Source: Candidatus Adlerbacteria bacterium
Lineage (GTDB): Bacteria; Patescibacteriota; Minisyncoccia; Phycocordibacterales; SBAW01
Direction: 5' to 3'
Length of the DNA stretch: 43,347 bases
NCBI GenBank assembly: GCA_903840375.1
Contig: CAIMFR010000072.1
Location: 1 to 43,347, forward strand
The translations under genes and the position numbers were made by a program. The notes beneath the pieces were generated by a model. It was not told the DNA's origin and ran no database searches. It saw nothing but the letters and a program-made list of their open reading frames with translations. Positions 1 through 9,851 of the stretch are shown one piece after another; positions within the stretch are counted from its first letter, which is position 1, and every line of letters begins with the position of its first letter.

Positions 1-154
1 ACGTGTCATATGAGCTGTAGCCGGATCCGCCAACATCTTCGTCATCTGCATGGGCGACATTTATCGGGAAAATGGTCATGCACGCGCACAACATAACCGC
101 CGCGAGTGCGACTTTTTTAGAAATCGGGAAATATTTTGATGTTTTATAGTTCAT
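1..154 (-). CDS. Secreted protein, N-terminal fragment (runs off the window edge)
   Basis: Manual translation from the ATG at 154 gives MNYKTSKYFPISKKVALAAVMLCACMTIFPINVAHADDEDVGGSGYSSYDT with no stop. It has a basic N-region, a hydrophobic core and an A-H-A signal peptidase I site, and a clear promoter precedes it. Confidence 0.75.
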   Translation of the reverse strand, partial: MNYKTSKYFPISKKVALAAVMLCACMTIFPINVAHADDEDVGGSGYSSYDT

Positions 155-188
155 AAGTCTTCGCGACCTAACCTATAAGCACAAAAGC

Positions 189-217
189 AGTGTATCATTC
201 TTTATGTATATTGTCAA
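189..217 (-). promoter_or_regulatory. Sigma70-type promoter for the 1..154 gene
   Basis: Minus strand TTGACA (217-212), 17-nt spacer ending in TGA, then TACACT (194-189). Confidence 0.75.
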
Positions 218-222
218 TATAT

Positions 223-255
223 AAGAAAAGGCCGCTCCTTGGTTAGGGAGCGGCC
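223..255 (-). terminator. Intrinsic terminator after the lipoprotein gene
   Basis: Minus strand GGCCGCTCC-ctaaccaa-GGAGCGGCC followed by TTTTCTT, 15 nt after the stop at 271. Confidence 0.85.
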
Positions 256-270
256 AGTAACAATCGCCTT

Positions 271-1113
271 TTACGGCTTACGCACAACCGGATTTAGACA
301 AGCTTCAGACAAGAACGGGGCTTCCCTGCCATTTACCTGCGTCACAAGGAGTTTCTCTCCGGAATAGCAATCGCGGTGAAATTGCAGGTCTATTTTACCC
401 GCATCGTCTACACGGCCGAAGTCGGCGCCTTCCAGTAGCTGAGAAGTACAGACAACTTCCCTCACTTCGGAGCTCGAGAGCCATGAAGCGAATGCTTGAC
501 GGTTCGACCACGTGCGGCCGATCTGTTGGCCGACTATGGACATGATGCCTTCCGGTGATACACGGAGAACGCTTGCATCATTCCTGCGAATGATGCCGGC
601 AACCTCGGCCTGCGTCCAACACCCGTAATGTTTCGCAAACGCGTGCCAGTGTCCGGTATGAGATACATCGCGAGCAGAAACATTCTTAGCATGGAATACC
701 GACATGTCGCACGACTCCGACACAGTCTGCTGAACAACAGGAGGTGGCGGCACGAAGGTCGTCACTTCCTGCCTCACAGAAAAGTTCGGTGTGGTCACGG
801 CCTGCACTACCCGGATAGGCGGCGCTGCTTGCGCAACATTCGCCACTTCGTACGAATGAGTGCATTCCCAATGCCGATGGAATCCCCTTGTGGTCCATTC
901 CGCAGCAGTGAGCGTGCAACCTTCCTGTTGGTGCCGCAGGTCATCTGCGGACATGGGCGGTGCAGAATCGGTACGAGTCGTCTGTTTGAGCGGCCCCGAT
1001 GTATACACATTCGGCGCATACGAGGACGACGAACAACTTGTGCCGATGCATACCTGTGCTGCACAGCCACCAAGCGTGGTAACCATCAGAATCGCAAAGA
1101 GAAGTTTTCTCAT
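271..1113 (-). CDS. Hypothetical Cys-rich lipoprotein
   Basis: 280 aa with MRK, a hydrophobic stretch and an LGGC lipobox. GGGAG SD lies 7 nt upstream and the gene has its own terminator. No family recognised. Confidence 0.7.
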   Translation of the reverse strand: MRKLLFAILMVTTLGGCAAQVCIGTSCSSSSYAPNVYTSGPLKQTTRTDSAPPMSADDLRHQQEGCTLTAAEWTTRGFHRHWECTHSYEVANVAQAAPPIRVVQAVTTPNFSVRQEVTTFVPPPPVVQQTVSESCDMSVFHAKNVSARDVSHTGHWHAFAKHYGCWTQAEVAGIIRRNDASVLRVSPEGIMSIVGQQIGRTWSNRQAFASWLSSSEVREVVCTSQLLEGADFGRVDDAGKIDLQFHRDCYSGEKLLVTQVNGREAPFLSEACLNPVVRKP

Positions 1114-1135
1114 CGCACATCTCCCATGTGTTTTT

Positions 1136-1169
1136 ATCCACTAATTTCGCATATGCGAAATTAGTGGAT
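1136..1169. repeat. Perfect 34-bp palindrome
   Basis: ATCCACTAATTTCGCAT|ATGCGAAATTAGTGGAT; the two halves are exact reverse complements. Confidence 0.95.
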
Positions 1170-1236
1170 GTTCTGCTGATATTTCTAAAAGAACTTCCGC
1201 TCCGCTTTGCGAAGACGTATCCGATCACCTCTCGAA

Positions 1237-1893
1237 TTATTTCGAGACGAGCGGGTATGTCCCTACAAAGTCCGCACTGACGACGAACCGCGTATTTTTT
1301 GTTGCGAATGAATCGCAAGTCACGAGCACTAGATGTTTGTCTGCCGATGGAAGCGCGACCACATCCGCATCAGCTTGCGCTGTCGCGACACCGGTCACTT
1401 TGTATCGGTACTCATTGCTCTGCGAGTAGACGCTCACCATATCGCCTACTTTTAGATTCTGAATACCGTCGAAGGTTTTGTATGCCTGGTTATGCACGAC
1501 CGGCAAGTAACTCGAATGTCCGAAGAGCAACATTGTTCCATCCACACCAAGAAGTGCCGAGCTCGGATAGCGCGCTGATCCGGTGAGAAGTGCCTCGTCA
1601 AGAACGGAAACATTAGCCGATGTCGGGTTGCTGACCTTTGCGCTAAGCCCGATACTTGTGGCTACGATCCGCACCGGCAGCTCGCCGTTTTTCTCGGCAG
1701 CTGCTTTTGACACAGAAGGAGTCGCCGTTGCCTGTATAGAAACAACAGCATCCTGGCTCGTGTTTGCTTGTGCATGATCAGGCAGCAAGTCGGCAATGAA
1801 AAGCACAGAAAACGTAAGCGCCAAAATGCCGGCAAATGCAAGCAAAAAACCCTTACCATGCTCCGCTATTTCATGTATTACTCCGCGTGCCAT
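1237..1893 (-). CDS. Sortase family protein
   Basis: N-terminal TM anchor, PVRIVATSIGL, catalytic His (LFGHSS), LVLVTC Cys motif and downstream Arg (TRFVV). Confidence 0.88.
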   Translation of the reverse strand: MARGVIHEIAEHGKGFLLAFAGILALTFSVLFIADLLPDHAQANTSQDAVVSIQATATPSVSKAAAEKNGELPVRIVATSIGLSAKVSNPTSANVSVLDEALLTGSARYPSSALLGVDGTMLLFGHSSYLPVVHNQAYKTFDGIQNLKVGDMVSVYSQSNEYRYKVTGVATAQADADVVALPSADKHLVLVTCDSFATKNTRFVVSADFVGTYPLVSK

Positions 1894-1902
1894 ACCTCGA
1901 AC

Positions 1903-1931
1903 ATGGTAGCAGAAACCATGCTAAATGTCAA
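1903..1931 (-). promoter_or_regulatory. Sigma70-type promoter of the sortase gene (near-leaderless)
   Basis: TTGACA (1931-1926), 17-nt spacer ending in TGC, TACCAT (1908-1903), then 9 nt to the ATG. Confidence 0.75.
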
Positions 1932-1945
1932 TACCCACCAAGCAG

Positions 1946-4012
<2,067 letters not shown>

Positions 4013-4095
4013 TCAGAAAATGACACTAAATGGAAGCTAAAAAATAGAGAAAATAGGGCTTACCTAAGGGTCAATTATGCGCTACCATTGCACAC

Positions 4096-4860
4096 ATGAC
4101 TCTCGACATATTGCTGCGGACATGCAACCGAAGCGAGAACAACCCCACAATGAAGCGCATTGTGACAGTCGATCGTGATGAACTTATCCTGCGCGGATTG
4201 CGGTCACTCATAACATCTATAAATACTGTGCCGGAGGAAATGCGAAGCAGCATCAAGCTCACGATCATCGACGATTCGACTCCCGAGTTTCAGAAAAAAC
4301 TTTTCAAATTGGCGAGTACTTGTCTGTGTAAGAAAAATTTTATCCGTGTTCATCTGGACAATAATGCGTCGATGAAATATTGCTACGAATATGCGATGGG
4401 ACACTTCCACGATGTCATCTATTTTGCAGAAGATGATTACCTGTACTTCCCTTCCTGTATACAGGAGATGGTAGAAGAATATGAAAACTTCACACTCAAT
4501 CTCGGCGGCAACTTCGTGGCGATACACCCGGCGGACTCACCGCTGGAATATTTCCCGAAAGAGATCCGCGAGGCGCGCATCGTGCTCGGTTCACATCGAC
4601 ACTGGCGCACATCGGTCAGCTCTCCCTTCTCGCTCATGCTGCCGAAAAAGGCATTCGTGAAGCACTATCAAAAATTCATGGATTATTCCAAGTTCGACGG
4701 CGTGATCTACCAAGAGGCGAGCACTATCAACCACATGTTCGTCGAAGGCGTTTTTCTTTTTACACCGATCCCGACGCTCGCCTTTCACCTCGGCTACCTA
4801 TACCCGCCGGCGCCACACGCACAGCATGAAGAATTGTGGGAAGAAAATGCGTCGCACTAA
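4096..4860 (+). CDS. GT-A fold glycosyltransferase-like protein
   Basis: DILLRTC, IIDDS, IYFAEDDYL (acidic metal/nucleotide-sugar motif) and LFTPIPTLAFH; paralogous to domains at 35290-36025 and 40204-40977. Confidence 0.7.
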   Translation: MTLDILLRTCNRSENNPTMKRIVTVDRDELILRGLRSLITSINTVPEEMRSSIKLTIIDDSTPEFQKKLFKLASTCLCKKNFIRVHLDNNASMKYCYEYAMGHFHDVIYFAEDDYLYFPSCIQEMVEEYENFTLNLGGNFVAIHPADSPLEYFPKEIREARIVLGSHRHWRTSVSSPFSLMLPKKAFVKHYQKFMDYSKFDGVIYQEASTINHMFVEGVFLFTPIPTLAFHLGYLYPPAPHAQHEELWEENASH

Positions 4861-6773
4861 CGTATCTCGTATCCCTTTTCACGAAGTGCATCAGAAACTT
4901 TTTCCAGTATCTGTTGGACTTCTGTGTCGAGAAGCGTGCGGTCGAATGATTGGAAGATGAGGCGAAATGCAAGCGAGACTTTTCCGTTTTTCTCGAACCG
5001 GTCGAATAGTTCGGAGCGGACAAGCAAGTCTCCAGCATTCTCGCGAATGAGCGACAGAATACTATCTGCATTCGTATCGCCCGACACCCACAAGGCAATG
5101 TCGCGCACGATGTATGGATATTTGGAAAATGATCGATACCGCACGGCGATTGAGACAGGAAGGTCGTCGTAAGAGGAAGGAGTCTCCAGGTGACTGAATA
5201 TTCCAGTCAGATTATATTCCTCAAATGTACCAGGGCCGTTTCTCATGATCAATGACGGTTCAAGTGATGAGACTTTTGGAGAAGACATTATTTCGTTGAG
5301 ACCATTCACAAAATCTTTCAGCGTCGGTTGTTTTTTTACAGGTTCGACCATAAGACCGAGCGAAAGTCTTTCTTCTCCTTTTTGCCAAACAGTGCCCACC
5401 TCAAACAAACGGACCTGCGCCAATCCGAGCAGCTCCTTGTTATGCACGTTCTTATCGAGCGACCCTTTCAATCCGTCCCGCAGATCTTTGCGTAAAAATG
5501 AACGCACGCCATCGACTTTGTTGAGAACGACACGTTCGCCTTCTTCTGCAAAAACAGTGGTGAACACTTCTGAAAATCCTTGTGAGACAAGATATTCGCG
5601 GATGTTTTCGCTCCAGTAAAAAGTATTGTTTACCTCGGGTGTTTTTTCAAACTTCGGCAACAGTCCTGCCGGAATTGCATCGTATCCAATGATGCGCACA
5701 ACTTCCTCTGCCAGATCCTCAGGGATTGCAATGTCGAGACGCTCAAATGGGACTACCACAGAGTAGATCTCATCACTTTTCTCAAATGAAAAACCAAGCC
5801 ACGTGAACACGTCTTCAATTTCCTTTTCGCTGATGTCTATACCGAGCACTTTGCGAATTTGCTGCACGGAAGCTGAGACGGTCATCGACTTCTGCGGCTG
5901 CGGATACACGTCGACAAATCCTTCCAGCTTCCCGCCTGCAAGTTCTACGATTAGATCGGCGACTGCACGCATGCCGTATGCCGCGATCTCCGGAGAAATG
6001 ACTTGCTCGAACCGCGTCGATGCATCAGTGCGAAGTTTCAACGCAGCAGCGGTCTTGCGCACAGACACGCCGCCGAAGTTTGCAGACTCGATGATAATGT
6101 CTGTTGTGTTCTCATCGATGGCCGCCGGCATGCCGCCCTTTATTCCCGCGATGCCAATGGCAACGTCGGCATTTGCGTCTGCGATGACAAGCATAGAATC
6201 CGTGAGCGTGTATTCTTTCTCATCAAGCGCAAGCATCTTTTCTCCCGGCTTCGCTTTACGCACCGCGATATTCCACTTTCCGTTTTCATTCTTTAATTTG
6301 ACGGCGTCGAATGCGTGGAGCGGCTGGCCGATGTTGAACATCACAAAGTTTGTCGCATCTACAATATTGTTGATCGAGCGCTGCCCCATCGACTCTAATC
6401 TTTCTCGCAACCATCTCGGCGACTCACCAACTTTCACGCCGCGCACCACGGCGGCAATGTATCGCTTGCACAACGTATCGTCTATCGAAACAGAAATCAG
6501 ATCTGTCTTTGCATCGAGAACGGGTTTGTCCGAGAATGGATCGTGCGCAATCGGCATTTTCAAAATAGCGGAAACTTCTTTCGCGATCCCGCGATGCGAG
6601 AGACAGTCGTGCCCGCGGTTCGGCGTCACCTTCACATCGAGCACATCGTCGCCGTTTATTTTTTCCACACCGTCTATTTCGAACACATGGAATGTTAGCG
6701 CATCAGAAAGCGTTGCCGCGTCCGGAAGCGGTGTATCAAAAAAAGTTTGCAGCCAATTTCTGGAGATTTTCAT
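4857..6773 (-). CDS. pheT: Phenylalanine--tRNA ligase beta subunit, lacking the B2 OB-fold insert
   Basis: Start reassigned to MKISRNWL. Contains VTPNRGHDCLSHRGIAKE, B3/4 motifs NNIVDATNFVM and GQPLHAFD, B5 RLDIAIPEDLAEEV, and the C-terminal FDX-ACB region (SKYPYIVRDIA, SLAFRLIFQS). Confidence 0.95.
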   Translation of the reverse strand: MKISRNWLQTFFDTPLPDAATLSDALTFHVFEIDGVEKINGDDVLDVKVTPNRGHDCLSHRGIAKEVSAILKMPIAHDPFSDKPVLDAKTDLISVSIDDTLCKRYIAAVVRGVKVGESPRWLRERLESMGQRSINNIVDATNFVMFNIGQPLHAFDAVKLKNENGKWNIAVRKAKPGEKMLALDEKEYTLTDSMLVIADANADVAIGIAGIKGGMPAAIDENTTDIIIESANFGGVSVRKTAAALKLRTDASTRFEQVISPEIAAYGMRAVADLIVELAGGKLEGFVDVYPQPQKSMTVSASVQQIRKVLGIDISEKEIEDVFTWLGFSFEKSDEIYSVVVPFERLDIAIPEDLAEEVVRIIGYDAIPAGLLPKFEKTPEVNNTFYWSENIREYLVSQGFSEVFTTVFAEEGERVVLNKVDGVRSFLRKDLRDGLKGSLDKNVHNKELLGLAQVRLFEVGTVWQKGEERLSLGLMVEPVKKQPTLKDFVNGLNEIMSSPKVSSLEPSLIMRNGPGTFEEYNLTGIFSHLETPSSYDDLPVSIAVRYRSFSKYPYIVRDIALWVSGDTNADSILSLIRENAGDLLVRSELFDRFEKNGKVSLAFRLIFQSFDRTLLDTEVQQILEKVSDALREKGYEIR

Positions 6774-6823
6774 ACCTGAACAGGATAGTACGAGAATACC
6801 ACGTATGCTATACTTTTTCAAAA

Positions 6824-8443
6824 ATGGATAACGCTCGTCTCCACCTAACCGACCGGCAACTCTATGACCTTGAACTCTTGCTGGTTGGAGGCTTTGCGCC
6901 ACTCACGGGGTTTTTAACAGAAGAAGAGTATAACTCTGTTGTCGATGACATGCGACTTCCGTCCGGCAAACTCTGGCCGATGCCTATCGTGCTCGATGTC
7001 GCATCAGCTGCGCAGTATGCGAAAGATCAACGAATTATTTTATGCGACCAGTCGGATAATCCGCTCGCGTATTTCACGATCTCGTCCATCTGTCAGCCGG
7101 ACAAACAGCGCGAAGCTTTCAATGTATATGGCACGACGGACGACACACACCCAGGCGTCCGATATCTCATGCACCACACGGGCTCGGTCTATCTCGGCGG
7201 CAAAATCGAACACATCGCACTTCCGCATCATTATGATTTTGCCGACATACGCCGCACACCGGCAGAACTGCGCGAAATATTTGCAAAGCGCGGGTGGAAT
7301 AAAGTCGCCGCATTCCAAACGAGAAATCCTGTGCACCGAGCGCACTTCACGCTCATGCAGCGCGCGCATCGCGAGAATGATATCAACGTTCTTCTTCATC
7401 CGGTCGTCGGCCCGACAAAAGAGGGCGACATCGACTACGTGACGCGCGTCAAAAGTTACAAACAACTTTACGAAGCTCGCATGAAAGATTTTGCGGAACT
7501 TTCACTGCTGCCGCTTGCAATGCGCATGGCAGGACCGCGCGAAGCGTTGTGGCATGCGCTCATTCGAAAAAATTACGGCTGCACACATTTCATCGTCGGG
7601 CGCGACCATGCCGGACCGGGCAAAGATAAAAATGGCGTTCCTTTTTACGGACCATACGACGCGCAAGAGCTCGCGCTTGCCCACCAAAAAGATCTCGGAA
7701 TAATTATTCTTCCACAACAGGAAATGCTCTATGTTCCGAAAGACGATACGTATCGCTCATGGCAGGAGATTCCCGCCGGAACAGAAACAAAAAACATTTC
7801 CGGCACGGCATTCCGTTCGATGCTTGCCGCCGGAGATCCCGTGCCCGAATGGTTTTCATTTCCGGAAGTCGTAGAGACATTGCGTGAAGGCGTGTCACAG
7901 CGCAGCAGAAAAGGCTGCACAATATTTCTCACTGGTTTGCCGTCCTCCGGCAAGTCCACCATTGCCGCCATTCTTGCAGGAAAACTTCGCGAGCTGCACG
8001 ACCGCAATGTTTCTCTTCTCGACGGCGACGTCGTGCGGCAACACTTGTCGAAAGGTCTCGGATTCTCGCGCGAGGATCGTGTTGAAAATATAAAGCGAAT
8101 CGGTTTTGTAGCATCGGAGATAACGAAACACGGCGGCGTTGCCATATGCTCCGCTATCGCGCCATACGCGGAATCGCGCGACCACAATCGTCAGACGATC
8201 GATCAGCACGGCGCATACATAGAGGTACATGTGGCCACGCCGCTCGCGGTGTGCATCGAGCGCGATGTTAAAGGTCTGTATAAAAAAGCACAAGCGGGGA
8301 TCATAAAACATTTCACCGGCATCGATGACCCGTACGAAGCACCGGAAAATCCGGAGGTGACGATAGACACCACGGACGAAACGCCGCAGCAGTCGGCAGA
8401 GCACATCATAGAACTCCTACGAAAACTCTCGGTAATTAAATAA
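6824..8443 (+). CDS. sat/cysC: Bifunctional sulfate adenylyltransferase / adenylylsulfate kinase (PAPS synthase)
   Basis: Start reassigned to MDNARL. ATP sulfurylase motifs AFQTRNPVHRAH, MRMAGPREALWHA and HFIVGRDHAG; APS kinase motifs TGLPSSGKST, LLDGD, RDVKGLYKKA and FTGIDDPYEAP. Confidence 0.95.
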   Translation: MDNARLHLTDRQLYDLELLLVGGFAPLTGFLTEEEYNSVVDDMRLPSGKLWPMPIVLDVASAAQYAKDQRIILCDQSDNPLAYFTISSICQPDKQREAFNVYGTTDDTHPGVRYLMHHTGSVYLGGKIEHIALPHHYDFADIRRTPAELREIFAKRGWNKVAAFQTRNPVHRAHFTLMQRAHRENDINVLLHPVVGPTKEGDIDYVTRVKSYKQLYEARMKDFAELSLLPLAMRMAGPREALWHALIRKNYGCTHFIVGRDHAGPGKDKNGVPFYGPYDAQELALAHQKDLGIIILPQQEMLYVPKDDTYRSWQEIPAGTETKNISGTAFRSMLAAGDPVPEWFSFPEVVETLREGVSQRSRKGCTIFLTGLPSSGKSTIAAILAGKLRELHDRNVSLLDGDVVRQHLSKGLGFSREDRVENIKRIGFVASEITKHGGVAICSAIAPYAESRDHNRQTIDQHGAYIEVHVATPLAVCIERDVKGLYKKAQAGIIKHFTGIDDPYEAPENPEVTIDTTDETPQQSAEHIIELLRKLSVIK

Positions 8444-9178
8444 TTAAAACTGGTCGATAAACCGCAGGTCGGCAGAATGCATGAGACGCACGTCGTCGAT
8501 GCCCCACTTCAACATTGCGAGACGGTCGATGCCCCCGCCGAATGCGAAGCCGCGATATTTCTCCGGGTCGATGCCTGCGTTTTTCAAAACGTTCGGATGC
8601 ACCATACCCGCACCCATCACTTCTATCCAACGGTCGCGCAATTTTTCCGGCACATTGTCTCCGGTGAGCCGCATGTCCACCTCGAGCCCCGGCTCGACGA
8701 ATGGGAAGAAACTCGGGCGAAAACGCACTTCGACAGAACCCTTGAAAAGCTGCTCGAAAAGATGTTGCAACGTACTGCGGAGATGCGTGAGCGATATATC
8801 CTCGCCGACAACCATGCCCTCGACTTGATAGAACTCCGCCTCATGCGTCATGTCGGTCGCCTCATTGCGGAAAACCTTTCCCATTGCCACCATGCGATAT
8901 GGCGGATTGATGCCTTTCTTCAGCTGCGATTCAATGTACCGCACCTGCACGTTCGACGTATGTGTTCGCAAAACCATGCCAGGCTCGTCTTTTACGAAAA
9001 AAGTATCTTGCATGTCGCGTGCGGGATGATCTTTCTGAAAGTTAAGAGCGTCGAAGTTGTACCATTCATTTTCCAGAAGAGGACCATCGGCAAAGGTAAA
9101 ACCCATGTCAAAAAAGATCTTATTTGCCTCGCGAATGACCGAGGATATCGGGTGTATGTGTCCGCATGTCTGTGCCAT
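8444..9178 (-). CDS. pheS: Phenylalanine--tRNA ligase alpha subunit, catalytic core only (244 aa)
   Basis: GHIHP, NFDALN, HPARDMQDTF, LRTHTS, FRPSFFPFVEP and GFAFGGGIDRLAML motifs. Start at MAQTCG is supported by TATACT 7 nt upstream. Confidence 0.95.
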   Translation of the reverse strand: MAQTCGHIHPISSVIREANKIFFDMGFTFADGPLLENEWYNFDALNFQKDHPARDMQDTFFVKDEPGMVLRTHTSNVQVRYIESQLKKGINPPYRMVAMGKVFRNEATDMTHEAEFYQVEGMVVGEDISLTHLRSTLQHLFEQLFKGSVEVRFRPSFFPFVEPGLEVDMRLTGDNVPEKLRDRWIEVMGAGMVHPNVLKNAGIDPEKYRGFAFGGGIDRLAMLKWGIDDVRLMHSADLRFIDQF

Positions 9179-9269
9179 ACATTGGAGTATAGTACAAAGT
9201 TGTGTTCTATGGAACATTGGACAAATGAGTGATATGCTTCTGCTCAGATTAGAAAAATAGGAGGCAACG

Positions 9270-9773
9270 ATGCGGCATGAGATCAATCTGATTGAGACAT
9301 TCGCAACTCTTGAAAAAAATCGCATACGAAACTCTGTCATACTTTTGGATATCGACGGAACTATCACACATCACGACGGACACGAAGTACCCGATGAAGC
9401 TCGATGCGTGATTGAAGAATTGCTTCGCAAGAACAATCTGATATACCTGCTAAGCAACAACAAGAATATTGAGCGCGGCAGATTCTTGGCACGGGCGCTC
9501 GGCGTTACTTTTGCCGAGACTCCGTATCGCAAACCGGACAAACGTACAGCCTCATGCATTCCGACGAAATATGCGGACAGGAAAATATTCGTCATCGGGG
9601 ATAAGTTTCTGACTGATGGATTGTTTGCAATACGACTCGGAGCAACATTCTTCTGGGTGCGGAGTATAAAGACTCCGACGGATGCAAAAAAAGTCCGCGC
9701 CAGCTACGCGATCGACACTATCATCAGATGGTTTTTTTCCATCTCGTATACCATGCGGAGAATAGAAAAATAG
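9270..9773 (+). CDS. HAD subfamily IIIA phosphatase (YqeG-like)
   Basis: Motif I LLDIDGT, LSNN, RKP and motif IV IGDKFLTDG; GGAGG SD at 9260-9264. Confidence 0.82.
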   Translation: MRHEINLIETFATLEKNRIRNSVILLDIDGTITHHDGHEVPDEARCVIEELLRKNNLIYLLSNNKNIERGRFLARALGVTFAETPYRKPDKRTASCIPTKYADRKIFVIGDKFLTDGLFAIRLGATFFWVRSIKTPTDAKKVRASYAIDTIIRWFFSISYTMRRIEK

Positions 9774-9824
9774 AAAAGAAAAAGGGCGTCGATACTTTTT
9801 ACGTATTCGACGCCCGTGTTTTTT
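9774..9824. terminator. Bidirectional intrinsic terminator
   Basis: Stem GGGCGTCGA (9784-9792) / TCGACGCCC (9807-9815), with an A-tract on the left and a T-tract on the right, between convergent genes. Confidence 0.8.
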
Positions 9825-9851
9825 AGAATAACTACTCAGATGCGATGGACC

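Noticed and set aside
1175..1198. Short similarity (ATTTCTAAAA) to 26290-26299, both next to putative inserted genes
   Set aside because: A 10-nt AT-rich match is expected by chance in 43 kb.
5803..6831. 342-aa plus-strand ORF and similar long antisense ORFs (e.g. 8477..9232, 11625..12398, 39535..40347)
   Set aside because: They lie opposite well-supported genes, have no recognisable motifs, and are expected shadows of codon bias.
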